The translations under genes were made by a program, and so were the position numbers. DNA of 64,000 bases from Candidatus Cloacimonadales bacterium (GTDB lineage Bacteria; Cloacimonadota; Cloacimonadia; Cloacimonadales; JAFGVF01): assembly GCA_963678315.1 (NCBI GenBank), contig OY782781.1:160001-224000 (forward strand). Reading direction: 5' to 3'. Position 1 is the stretch's first letter; each line of letters opens with the position of its first letter. Positions 1-9,999 of the stretch are shown piece by piece. The notes beneath the pieces are model-generated. The model did not search any database. It was not told where the DNA came from and saw only the letters and a program-made list of their open reading frames with translations.

Positions 1-3000
1 TAATCAGCTTCGGTGAAGTTTGTTCTGAATACAAGGTTATTTGTTCCATCTGTTAATGTGTAATTTGAACTTTGAGCAAATGTACCAGTTTCAACAAATG
101 TCACATCTTGAACTTGGATAAGTCTTGATTCATAAGTTTCGTAGTTAGTATTTAATTCATCAAGAGTAACTACAATTGGAGATACAGTATTACCTGTTGA
201 TGTTGCATTGCCTGTATCAGTAACAGGTTTGAACTGCATTACACCACCATAAGTACTAAGTGTACCTTGGATATTTGATATTCCATCATATTGATTGTAG
301 ATAGTTGTAATAACACCATCGTTATCATCAATTAAAATACCTGCTGTAGCATCTTGAATATATTTTTGATTTCTATTTGATTGTTGATAAGTGATGACTG
401 CTTGGCCAGTTAATCTATAAATTGTACCATCAGTTAAACCTGTTCTCAACTCAGCAATTGTAGCTACATCATTAAAAGCAACTTGAGCAAATTCTGCAGT
501 AGCAATAGCACTATCTGTCATATTAGCTTTAACTGCAATAGCTTTCACTGTAGCAGAAGCTGTTAAAGTAAATGGTGCACTATATTGAGTTGAAGAATCT
601 GTAGGTTCACTTCCATCAATAGTATAATAGATAGTAGCATCTGCAGTTTCACAAGTAATTGTTACTTCTTGAGAAGTTTCAAATACTCCACCATCAGGAG
701 AGATTACTGGAGTTGCAACCATTTCAGAAATATCAGTATGAGAACCAATATAATCAAATGTATCTGTTGCAAAAAGAAGCCATTGAGAGCTACTTGCATC
801 TGTACCAGCTGAAGCAGTCCAATCAGTAGTTCCTTCAGTAACTGAGAACTTTCTTACTAATGTATAGTTTGCAGCTGCACCAGTAACACCAGCTACGTCA
901 AAGTTAGCATCACTTGAGCCATCTGTTGTACCAAATACATCAATTAAAACATCCATGTAGAATAAACCAATAGCATCGTTACCATTGAAATATGTAACAC
1001 TACTTGTTGTATCAGCTTGTTGAAGAATAGCTGCATCGGCACTAGCATTTCCAATGACGAATACTTCACCGGCAGCTAATGTCCCCTGCATATCGCATGT
1101 TGTAGACCAATCTCCGCCATTAGAACCTTTTTGAACATTGTAGTTTGTTAAATCAACTTCTGCACCAGTTCCATTATAGATTTCGATAGCTTTATTGTTT
1201 GAAGAACCTTCAATGTATTCAGAAATAATCATTCCTGGTGTAAGAACTAATTCTTCAATAGTAATAACAGCTTCAGCTATTTGACTATCAGTCATGTCTG
1301 TTTTAACAGCAATAGCTTTAACAGTTTTAGTTGTTTCTACATTGAATGCAGATGTATATTCATTAGATGCATCTGTTGGGTCAGTTCCATCTATTGTATA
1401 GTATATTGTTGCACCTTCGGTAGCACATGTAATAGCTACTTCTTGAGTTGAATAATATGTGCCTGTTTCAGGTGTAATTACTGGAGTTTCTACTACTAAA
1501 GGAACAGCAGAGATAGTAATTACAGATGTAGCAATAGCAGAATCTGTGAAGTCAGTTTTGACAGCAATTGCCTTAACTGTAGTAGTCTCTGTTACGTTAA
1601 AAGCACTTGTGAATTCAGTAGATGAATCACTTGGATCTGTTCCATCTAAAGTATAGTATATTGTTGAACCTTCTGTAGCACAAGTAATAGTCACTTCTTG
1701 AGTAGAAGTAAATGTTCCTGTTTCAGGTGTGATTTGAGGAGTTTCTACTATTTCAGGAGTTGTACCACCACCGTCAAAGGTGTGGGAGCCAACATAAGTG
1801 TAAGTATTTGCATCATATACTATCCACTGAGAATCTTCCACAGTAGTTCCTGAAGAAGTTGCCCAATCAGTTGTTGGACCATTTACAGATGATTTTCTAA
1901 CAAGAGTATGGTTAGCAGTAGCATTAGTTTCTCCAGCTACATTCCAACCAGTACTAGGAGCTTCACCTTCAGTACCGATAGCATCAATAACAACACCATT
2001 TTTAGCTAAAGCAATAGCATCATTACCATTGAAGGTACAAATAGATCCTTCTGTTAAATCTGCTTCTGCAAGAACACTAGTATCAGAAGCAGAATTTGCA
2101 ATAACAAAGACATCATTATTAGCAAGAGTACCTGATAAAGCTAAAGTATATTCCCCCCAGCTTCCACCATTACTTATTTTACTAATAGAATAAGCTGATA
2201 GATCAACTGGAAGACCTGTACCATTATATATTTCAATAACTTTAGTGTTTCCACTAGAAGGCTCTATGTATTCAGAAATAAACAAATCTGTTGCTAATTG
2301 AGCTGCACCTTCTTCAACAACTGTATAATTTCTTTCGTTAGTTGTTGTAGTTTCTGATTCATCATCAGTAGCTTCAATAACATAGTAAATTGTAGTTGCT
2401 AAGCTTTGACCAGGAATATCAGCAGTAAATGTTCCTGCACCTGTCATTGGAGTAGTTGTAGTATAATCACCTGTTGCTGTTCCCCATTTAAGATTAACAG
2501 AAGCAAGAGTTCCATCGTTATCTACAACATCAGCACTAATTGTAACAAGGTCATTTGCTAGTACTTGAGTTGGAGATTGTGACACATTACTTACAACTGG
2601 ACCAACATTAGGAACTGTACCAACAACCACATCGTCAGCTGATCTAGGATCTAATTCAAAATGGTTATAAGGGTAGAGATATAAACCTGTAATAGAAGTA
2701 TATACTGTACCAAGTATTGGTTGAGGGTCAATAGTATAGAATTTGTCTTCTACTTCAATTGCTCCTGAACCATCGTTAACATCAAATGCACCACTTGAAG
2801 CTTCTGTTTCAGTTGTTACGTTCTCTACTGTAACTAAGCATGATTCATAAGCTTCACCAAGACTACCAGTAGCAACTACTGATGGGTTTGGAAGAGTATT
2901 GTTTGAAGAAACTAGTGTATAATTAACAACATTAGTTAGCTCAGTAAGAGTATTATATTCAGCAACATCAGCTCTAAATGAAACTTGGTCACCCACTGCA

Positions 3001-5768
3001 GGAGTTACATCAGAAGTATAAACATAAACTGAATTCCATGCTCCACCAGTTGCAGAAGACAAATAGAAACCTCTGCTATCAGTATAAATAACTAGTCCGC
3101 TTACATTAACTGTTTGACCTGAATAAGCAGATACATCAGAAGTAGCAGGGTCTGTTACATATTGGATATCATAGATTGATACATCAGGAATAATATTTAT
3201 TGTATAAGTTTCAGTAGCTTCAGCTGAGTTAACCCATTCTGTTTTAGTTGCAATTGCTTTAATTGTCATACTTTCATTAACAGCAATTGCACTTGTATAT
3301 TGTGTTGAAGAAGTAGTTGGTTCACTTCCATCTGTTGTATAATAGATAGATGCTCCATCTGTTGAAGTTGCTATTTCTACTGTTTGAGCAGATTCATAAG
3401 TTCCACCAGCAGGTGTCATAACTGGAGTAGCAACTGTATAAACAGGTTCTCCTCCCCAAATAGCATTTACCCATTCACTATGATCGATAAATGGATTCCT
3501 ATTTCCTTGGAAATCTTGAACACCGTCATTTCTATCTCTTTCAGCTTGATCAACTGGATCTAAATTATTCCATTCAATCAAAGTCTCAACCATATCAATG
3601 TTAAGGTCGCGTGTTGTATTAGATAAGGGCATTCCATATCTAACAGACATATAGAACATCGCTCTAGCAACATTACCTTTATGTTGGTCTGCAGGTTCCC
3701 ATACTGTCACACCTTCTGCATTAGAACCTCTATATGAAGTGTAACCTGTTGCCTCTGAGAATGAGTTATCAACTGAATTCACGTAGTCAAATGATAAATT
3801 ACTTCTAGAAGAATTTGCTGATATTTCTGATGGGAAAAGATGATGTACATCTGCTTTAGCATATAATTCTTCAGATGCTAGAGCATAATCTTCTATCCAG
3901 CTTTGAGGATATGTATGTTCACAGTTAATGCCTGAAGGAGCAGATGTATTTGTATAAGAATGATTAACTTCCATACCTGTATAAACACAAGTAACTGTAT
4001 TATCAATATTATCAATATAGCCATACATTTCAGCTCTAGCATTATCATAACTAGAATTTGTATTATCATCTATTAAATCATGTAATTGATTTTCTAAGGC
4101 AGAACCACCAACCGCAGTAATACTTTCATAGTAACCTTCATAAGTAACTGAAGAAACTGTAATATAAGCAGTCTTTGTTTCAGTAGCATCGGCTGTAGGG
4201 TCTGCACTATCTAAAACATACAATGAAACAGTATAAGTTCCATCTGTAGTGTATGTATGAGTTGGATTTACTTCTGATGAAGTAGCTGTTCCATCCCCAA
4301 AATTCCATTCATAAGTATAAGGAGAAGTTCCACCAGTAGTTAAATCAGTGAAAGAAACTTCTAAAGGAGTAGTGCCACTTGTAACATCAGCCTCAAAATC
4401 AACAGCTAGTTCTGTAGGCACTGTTCCACTACCTGTCATTGTGTGAGAACCAAAATAATCTATTGTGTTAGCATCATATACTATCCACTCTGAGTCAGAA
4501 GCATCTGTCCCAGCTGAAGTAGCCCAATTAGACTGAGGTCCTGTTACACTTGCTTTTCTAACTAATGTATGGTCAGCGGTAGCATTACTAACACCAGCTA
4601 CATCCCAACCTGAACCTGGATCAGCACCATCAGTACCAACACAGTCAATTAGACTGCCATTCTTAAATAAACCTATTGCATCATCACCATTAAAGCCACA
4701 CAAAGTATTATTTGTGTCATCTGCTATTGCCAGAATACTAGAAGCAGAACCAGTATTAGCAACAATATATACATCGTTATGAGCTAAAGAGCCACTCAAT
4801 GTGAAGCTATACTCATCCCAGGCTCCACCATTACCAATTTTATGAAGGGCATAATTTGATAAATCAACTGCTTCGCCAGTACCATTATAAACTTCAATAA
4901 CTTTTGTTAATCCACCATCAGGTTCTGTATATTCAGATATAAATAAATCTGAAGCAGCACCTTCAACAGCTTCTGAAACGGTAATATAAGCAGTCTTTGT
5001 TTCAGTAGCTTCAGCTGTAGGGTCTGCACTATCTAAAACATATAATGAAACAGTATATGTCCCTGCTTCCGTATAAATGTGAATAGGTTCCGCATCAGCT
5101 GAAGTAGCAGAACTATCACCAAAGTTCCATTCATAAGTATAAGGAGAAGTTCCACCAGATGTTAAATCAGAGAAGTTAACTGTTAAGGGAGCACTTCCAC
5201 TTGTGAAATTTGCTTCAAAATTTACAGATAAGTCAACTGGTGTAGATCCTCCTGGATTATCAGTTACTGTGAAATCATCAATGAATAAGTGTGCATTTTG
5301 ATTATCACTTAAAATTCTGATATATACAATTGACGAAGCATCATTAATTTCAAATGAATAATCAACTAATGCATTTTCAGCACTTGCTCCAAGTGTATGT
5401 GTATCTAAATCTGTGAAATCAGTTCCATTTATAGATTTTTGGAGTACAAAAACATTTGTATCATCACCATTAGTAAATCCATATTTAAAACTTACTGTAC
5501 CAATAGAATTTAAGACAGGTGTTGTAATGTGTGCACCTGCTTTATCATCATTAATTGTAAAAGCATATGAACCTACAGCAGAATATCCATAGCTGAAATT
5601 CCCGGCTTCTACTTTTGTCCAAACTCTTCCATTTATAGTTACAGAAGCGTCACCATAAGCAGTGCTTGGATTACTATTAAAATCTTCAGTCCAATTATCA
5701 GCAAACACATTGCTGACACTTAGAGTCATTATCACTACCAAAAAAATGAAAAGTATTCTTTTCGTCAT
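1..5768 (-). CDS. Giant secreted multidomain extracellular nuclease (endonuclease I family domain plus lamin-tail, PKD, chitobiase/Fn3-associated and OB-fold-like domains); 3' end runs off window
   Basis: Not in ORF track (no stop in window). ATG at 5766-5768 with AAGGAG RBS; reads MTKRILFIFLVVIMTLSVSNVFA (signal peptide). Spot translation gives INCEHTYPQSW, ADVHHLFPSE, WEPADQHKGNVARAMFYMSVRYG, QGNRNPFIDH (endonuclease I motifs, ~3460-4140), repeated ISEY.E...K.IE.YNGTG (lamin tail), YEWNFGD (PKD), IYYT.DG..P (chitobiase C-terminal/Fn3-associated). Confidence 0.88.
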   Translation of the reverse strand, partial: MTKRILFIFLVVIMTLSVSNVFADNWTEDFNSNPSTAYGDASVTINGRVWTKVEAGNFSYGYSAVGSYAFTINDDKAGAHITTPVLNSIGTVSFKYGFTNGDDTNVFVLQKSINGTDFTDLDTHTLGASAENALVDYSFEINDASSIVYIRILSDNQNAHLFIDDFTVTDNPGGSTPVDLSVNFEANFTSGSAPLTVNFSDLTSGGTSPYTYEWNFGDSSATSADAEPIHIYTEAGTYTVSLYVLDSADPTAEATETKTAYITVSEAVEGAASDLFISEYTEPDGGLTKVIEVYNGTGEAVDLSNYALHKIGNGGAWDEYSFTLSGSLAHNDVYIVANTGSASSILAIADDTNNTLCGFNGDDAIGLFKNGSLIDCVGTDGADPGSGWDVAGVSNATADHTLVRKASVTGPQSNWATSAGTDASDSEWIVYDANTIDYFGSHTMTGSGTVPTELAVDFEADVTSGTTPLEVSFTDLTTGGTSPYTYEWNFGDGTATSSEVNPTHTYTTDGTYTVSLYVLDSADPTADATETKTAYITVSSVTYEGYYESITAVGGSALENQLHDLIDDNTNSSYDNARAEMYGYIDNIDNTVTCVYTGMEVNHSYTNTSAPSGINCEHTYPQSWIEDYALASEELYAKADVHHLFPSEISANSSRSNLSFDYVNSVDNSFSEATGYTSYRGSNAEGVTVWEPADQHKGNVARAMFYMSVRYGMPLSNTTRDLNIDMVETLIEWNNLDPVDQAERDRNDGVQDFQGNRNPFIDHSEWVNAIWGGEPVYTVATPVMTPAGGTYESAQTVEIATSTDGASIYYTTDGSEPTTSSTQYTSAIAVNESMTIKAIATKTEWVNSAEATETYTINIIPDVSIYDIQYVTDPATSDVSAYSGQTVNVSGLVIYTDSRGFYLSSATGGAWNSVYVYTSDVTPAVGDQVSFRADVAEYNTLTELTNVVNYTLVSSNNTLPNPSVVATGSLGEAYESCLVTVENVTTETEASSGAFDVNDGSGAIEVEDKFYTIDPQPILGTVYTSITGLYLYPYNHFELDPRSADDVVVGTVPNVGPVVSNVSQSPTQVLANDLVTISADVVDNDGTLASVNLKWGTATGDYTTTTPMTGAGTFTADIPGQSLATTIYYVIEATDDESETTTTNERNYTVVEEGAAQLATDLFISEYIEPSSGNTKVIEIYNGTGLPVDLSAYSISKISNGGSWGEYTLALSGTLANNDVFVIANSASDTSVLAEADLTEGSICTFNGNDAIALAKNGVVIDAIGTEGEAPSTGWNVAGETNATANHTLVRKSSVNGPTTDWATSSGTTVEDSQWIVYDANTYTYVGSHTFDGGGTTPEIVETPQITPETGTFTSTQEVTITCATEGSTIYYTLDGTDPSDSSTEFTSAFNVTETTTVKAIAVKTDFTDSAIATSVITISAVPLVVETPVITPETGTYYSTQEVAITCATEGATIYYTIDGTDPTDASNEYTSAFNVETTKTVKAIAVKTDMTDSQIAEAVITIEELVLTPGMIISEYIEGSSNNKAIEIYNGTGAEVDLTNYNVQKGSNGGDWSTTCDMQGTLAAGEVFVIGNASADAAILQQADTTSSVTYFNGNDAIGLFYMDVLIDVFGTTDGSSDANFDVAGVTGAAANYTLVRKFSVTEGTTDWTASAGTDASSSQWLLFATDTFDYIGSHTDISEMVATPVISPDGGVFETSQEVTITCETADATIYYTIDGSEPTDSSTQYSAPFTLTASATVKAIAVKANMTDSAIATAEFAQVAFNDVATIAELRTGLTDGTIYRLTGQAVITYQQSNRNQKYIQDATAGILIDDNDGVITTIYNQYDGISNIQGTLSTYGGVMQFKPVTDTGNATSTGNTVSPIVVTLDELNTNYETYESRLIQVQDVTFVETGTFAQSSNYTLTDGTNNLVFRTNFTEAD

Positions 5769-5919
5769 TTTTTTCTCCTTGGAGTATTTTAGAATTTATA
5801 AGTTTAAAACAATTTTATGACGCATTATCGCTCTAATGTGTCAAGCCTTATAGTATGATTTTATTTTAATGCTAGCTTAACGTAAAACTAACAATTATAA
5901 GAAACGATAAATCAACATT

Positions 5920-7638
5920 TTAATTAAGAATAGTGTCTAAATCTTTAGTTACTGATTCCATATCAGAATCAGGGCTCACGAAATAGGTTCTAAAGACTGG
6001 TGTTAGATGAGCTAAAGGTTTAATAACAATCTCGATTAGCGGTTTTATATGTTTAATTACGAAATCAGTTCCTGCTTCGTCTGTGTTAGGAAGAATAAGT
6101 ACAAAAGAAGATTCATTCCAGCGACCGAAAACATCTTGTTTACGAATATGACCTCTAACAGTATCTGAGACCTTTATGATATTTTTATTGAAGTCTTTTT
6201 TATCTACTTCCTCTTCCCCGATTACTTTAATAAGAACCATATTAATTTCCATCATGTTTCTTTGGCTTAAATTTCTTAATATGGTTAATCTCTCTATCAA
6301 GGTCTGTTTATTAAGAGCTCCTGTAAGCTCATCGTTCTTAGAGATTTCTCTCAATTTAACTGCAATAGTTTGAATTTGTCTATTTAGCAATTCAAGCTCT
6401 TGGTTTTTTTCTCTAAGAATAATCTTTTCTCGTTCTTGTTGCTGAGATTCAAACTTAGCTTTAATCTCTGAAATAAGTTTTCTTTCTTTTTTAGAAGAAA
6501 CTACTTCCACAAATTTATTCTTTTGAGTAAGAGCTTTAAAGGCTTTATCGAAATCATCTTTCTTCTCATACAAATCAGCTAAAGCTTGATAAATTTCGCT
6601 TTTCTTCTCATCCATGCTACTAACCTGTTCAATAGCTTCTAATGCTTTATTATAGTAAGCTTCGGCATTAGAATGTTCATTTTCAGAATAATAAGCCTTA
6701 CCCAAAATTATATTTAAATCTACCAAATTAATTATCGGGATTACACCTTTGAATTTATCCATTATGCAATTGCAAATTTCGATTGCCTTAGCCATATTAT
6801 TATCTAACATATAGCCATCTGCCATCAATAAATAAACTTTGATTGATTTTTGATTATTCTTTTCTGTTTTACTATAAATTTCAATTGCTTGTCTATAAAA
6901 GTCCAATGCTTGCTCGATATTTCTATGATTGAGATGAACATTTCCTTTTTTAACTAAACTGTCAGCATTAACACTTTCTAGTTTACTTATCTTTGACAAA
7001 TCATAGCATTTATTATAGAATTTTAAAGCTCTTTTCATTTGATTCATTGAGTAATAGAGATCCCCTATTAACAAATGAATTTCACAAATACTCTCTTGAT
7101 TTTTTTCTCTTTCAGAGATTTCGAGTCCTTTGAAATACATACCTAAACTTTCAACATAATTTTTACATACACAAAAAGCAGTACCTAAGTTAAGATAGAT
7201 ATCTCTTAATTCGTTTTTAAGTAATTTATCATCTTTATCATATCCACTAGGGACTAAATCTAGTGATAGTTTTAGAAAAGTAATAGCATTAGTATATTCC
7301 CTTAGTTTGATGTAAGTTTTACCTACATTTTTTGTAGCGATCACAATTTTCAACTTATCTGGACTATCTTTATAAACGCTACATGAAAGTCTAAAGTATT
7401 TTAGAGCACTCTTAAACTCTTGTTTATGCCAATATAAAACTCCAAGTTCAATTTGAAGCTCTCCCATCTCATTACTTAATTGAAGTTCATCCGCAATTTT
7501 AATAGCTTTAAGTAGAGTTTTTTCTAGTAAATCGCTATTTTCATTTCTAGAATATTTTGCTATCTGCTCTCTAATATTCTTATAATCTTCAAGTGTAATT
7601 TCGTCTTTTTCTATTTGTTTAGTAGTTTTTTCTGACAT
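5920..7638 (-). CDS. TPR-repeat protein with C-terminal degenerate GGDEF-like domain
   Basis: Many TPR-like helices (LG..Y...A..Y...A), coiled coil, then DELTGALNK...RKQDVFGRWNESSFVLILPNT. Confidence 0.8.
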   Translation of the reverse strand: MSEKTTKQIEKDEITLEDYKNIREQIAKYSRNENSDLLEKTLLKAIKIADELQLSNEMGELQIELGVLYWHKQEFKSALKYFRLSCSVYKDSPDKLKIVIATKNVGKTYIKLREYTNAITFLKLSLDLVPSGYDKDDKLLKNELRDIYLNLGTAFCVCKNYVESLGMYFKGLEISEREKNQESICEIHLLIGDLYYSMNQMKRALKFYNKCYDLSKISKLESVNADSLVKKGNVHLNHRNIEQALDFYRQAIEIYSKTEKNNQKSIKVYLLMADGYMLDNNMAKAIEICNCIMDKFKGVIPIINLVDLNIILGKAYYSENEHSNAEAYYNKALEAIEQVSSMDEKKSEIYQALADLYEKKDDFDKAFKALTQKNKFVEVVSSKKERKLISEIKAKFESQQQEREKIILREKNQELELLNRQIQTIAVKLREISKNDELTGALNKQTLIERLTILRNLSQRNMMEINMVLIKVIGEEEVDKKDFNKNIIKVSDTVRGHIRKQDVFGRWNESSFVLILPNTDEAGTDFVIKHIKPLIEIVIKPLAHLTPVFRTYFVSPDSDMESVTKDLDTILN

Positions 7639-7647
7639 ATATTTTTC

Positions 7648-8313
7648 CTATGAGAGTTTTATCATTTCTGAAATAGCTTTTTCTATACCTTCATAGACAA
7701 CATTAAAAGGAGCATCATTCATGAAAGCAGGTGTTGTTATCAACTTATTATCATTATCAATAATACAATCTGAAGAACTGATTGCTACGATATTGTTGTT
7801 TGTGAATTCAAGTTCTTTTAGGTAATTTGGAGCTAGGCCTGTACAAAGTGTTACATTTTTATCTTTAAATATAAGTGCTAAAATAGAAGGAACAATACAA
7901 ATAGCACATATTACTTTTTTAGCTTCATGAAAAGCTTTTACTATTTGTTCCAGTTCCGTGTTAATTATCATTTCTGAAAGTTCACTAGGGAAGTTAGAGT
8001 TGTTTTTCAAGACACCAAAACCACCTGGAATAACTAGACCTGCATAGCTCTGGATATCTAAATCTTTCAAAGGTCTTATATTACCTCTAGCTATTCTAGC
8101 AGACTCATTTAAAATATTACGGTTATAGTTTTCATCTTCTTTTGTATAATGATTAAGAGCATGCATCTGCATCCTATCTGGAGCAAATATATCTACTTCA
8201 ACTCCCATCTTTGCAAGTGCTAATAAACTATATGTAGCCTCATGGATCTCCGAACCATCTAAATGTCCACTTCCAAATAGAATTAAACAAAATCTTCTCA
8301 TCTTCTTCTCCAC
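7648..8313 (-). CDS. elbB: ElbB/ES1-family DJ-1/PfpI glyoxalase-like protein
   Basis: GSGHLDGSEIHEA, ESARIARG, PGGFG..KN, AICIVP, TTPAFM motifs; real start may be the ATG four codons downstream. Confidence 0.8.
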   Translation of the reverse strand: MEKKMRRFCLILFGSGHLDGSEIHEATYSLLALAKMGVEVDIFAPDRMQMHALNHYTKEDENYNRNILNESARIARGNIRPLKDLDIQSYAGLVIPGGFGVLKNNSNFPSELSEMIINTELEQIVKAFHEAKKVICAICIVPSILALIFKDKNVTLCTGLAPNYLKELEFTNNNIVAISSSDCIIDNDNKLITTPAFMNDAPFNVVYEGIEKAISEMIKLS

Positions 8314-8510
8314 TATTTACTTCTTAACAATTATACATTTTATTAATTAATTTGCAGATTGTCAATAATATTATTTAAGTAATGACTACTTAATGTGGTT
8401 ACAAATGATTTATTTTAGAATTATAGCTCCATAAACCTCTATAAAAGGAATAAGAAATGTCTAATAAAATTGCCCTTAAATTGCCCGTAAATACTAGAAA
8501 TAAAGGCCAC

Positions 8511-8561
8511 CCTTACTTACCTCCTTAAAAAAATGGCCTTTTTTCAAGGAGGCAAGTAAGG
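8511..8561. repeat. ~50-bp intergenic palindrome (REP-like family A)
   Basis: ccttacttacctcctt-aaaaaaatggcctttttt-caaggaggcaagtaagg; close copy at 26536-26586, partial at 55208-55238. Confidence 0.7.
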
Positions 8562-8636
8562 TAGAAGTAATCTATTATTGTTTTATGAATTACTTCTAAA
8601 GTAAATCTTATTTCCCAAAAAGCAAATAATCACATC

Positions 8637-9998
8637 TTAATTCACAAAGTAACTTATGTCTACTAGTTGACCTGTTTGGGAGTTAAAGTAAAGCCTTACT
8701 CTTTTCTGAATATAAGTCCAAGCAAATCCATTTTTTTCATTACCCAACATATCCAAGTATATTCTATGGGATAGAAATAGATTTTCATAGTTTGCTTCAA
8801 CAGAACTATCATGCTCAAAATATTCAAAATTATCATTAACAAAGCTTACTATCTCTGCTAATTTTCCAGCTAGTTGTTCTTTCGCAAGGGTTGTATCTGC
8901 TGAAACTTCTTTAGTAAAATCTTCAATCTCAATACATTGATATTTTGGATTATACTTAATACTCAGATAAGAATCTGTTTTAATGTTATTTACATATTGT
9001 TTATAAACTATACTTGGATTATCATTATTAAGGTTAGACCTATGCTGTTTCAAGAAAGTCTTACTATTAGAAAGAAAGATTCTATCTTTAATCAAATTAA
9101 AAACCTCTAACCACTTCGCTTGGTCATTGTTGTCAGGAATTGCTATATCATCAAAATTACCTAAAAATCTTCTATAACTATTAGAAATAGCTATTTTGAA
9201 TATTCCTTTGAACGCAATACTTTGCTTATATTCATCTTTGATAACTTTTTCATTAACATATTTCTTATCAAAACATCTATCATTCATTGAATATCTTATT
9301 AATCCATATTTACCAGTAAATGAGTTTACAAGAACATGTTTACGTCCTGAGATGTACCAATAAAGAGGGCTTGTATATTCTTCAGAAGAATAGCTATCTT
9401 GACTACTCTTGATCGAGGCTGTTATAAATAGTTTGATTGATAAGTCATTTATAGATTCTTCATTATAATTATCCAGTTTACGGCATAGTTCAAAATACCT
9501 ATCCAAAGATTGTTGTTGAGAAAGCATAGTAATATTATCAGTAAAATCTTCGCCAATTGAACAATCATTAATTGTAAATTGCTTTTTTTGAGGATTATAA
9601 GCCACGCTTAGAGTGCCTATATTATAATCAAATATGAATTTATCAGAAACTTGTTTATATTCTAAACTCACTGATTCAGAACCATCATAAGTATAAATAT
9701 CTACTAGTTCAAAAGTCCTTTCACTTCTATATAGTTCTTCAATATAAATCTTACTAATATTTTTTAGTATATCTACTCTTTCTTCATGATTACAATCTTT
9801 AAGTTCAGGAAACTTACTTAGTTTGCCTTTTAAATGTAGAGGTTTATAAGATAAATCCGTATTGTCTAATTGAAAACTGTCATTACGAACACTTCCTTTA
9901 AATCCAACTCTATCTTCGAATGAATCTAAACCATTAGAGATACTATAGCAAGAAAGAAACAAAAGAATAAATGTCAATGCTGTAAAATACTTTTTCAT
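8637..9998 (-). CDS. Secreted/possible lipoprotein, hypothetical, with internal duplication (FTP/PepSY propeptide-like); paralog of 10000-11475
   Basis: Likely start ATG 9998 (MKKYFTALTFILLFLSC) after GGAG; two halves each with F.G, Y.Q, YNP, W...NS.TG pattern. Confidence 0.7.
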   Translation of the reverse strand: MKKYFTALTFILLFLSCYSISNGLDSFEDRVGFKGSVRNDSFQLDNTDLSYKPLHLKGKLSKFPELKDCNHEERVDILKNISKIYIEELYRSERTFELVDIYTYDGSESVSLEYKQVSDKFIFDYNIGTLSVAYNPQKKQFTINDCSIGEDFTDNITMLSQQQSLDRYFELCRKLDNYNEESINDLSIKLFITASIKSSQDSYSSEEYTSPLYWYISGRKHVLVNSFTGKYGLIRYSMNDRCFDKKYVNEKVIKDEYKQSIAFKGIFKIAISNSYRRFLGNFDDIAIPDNNDQAKWLEVFNLIKDRIFLSNSKTFLKQHRSNLNNDNPSIVYKQYVNNIKTDSYLSIKYNPKYQCIEIEDFTKEVSADTTLAKEQLAGKLAEIVSFVNDNFEYFEHDSSVEANYENLFLSHRIYLDMLGNEKNGFAWTYIQKRVRLYFNSQTGQLVDISYFVN

Positions 9999-9999
9999 A

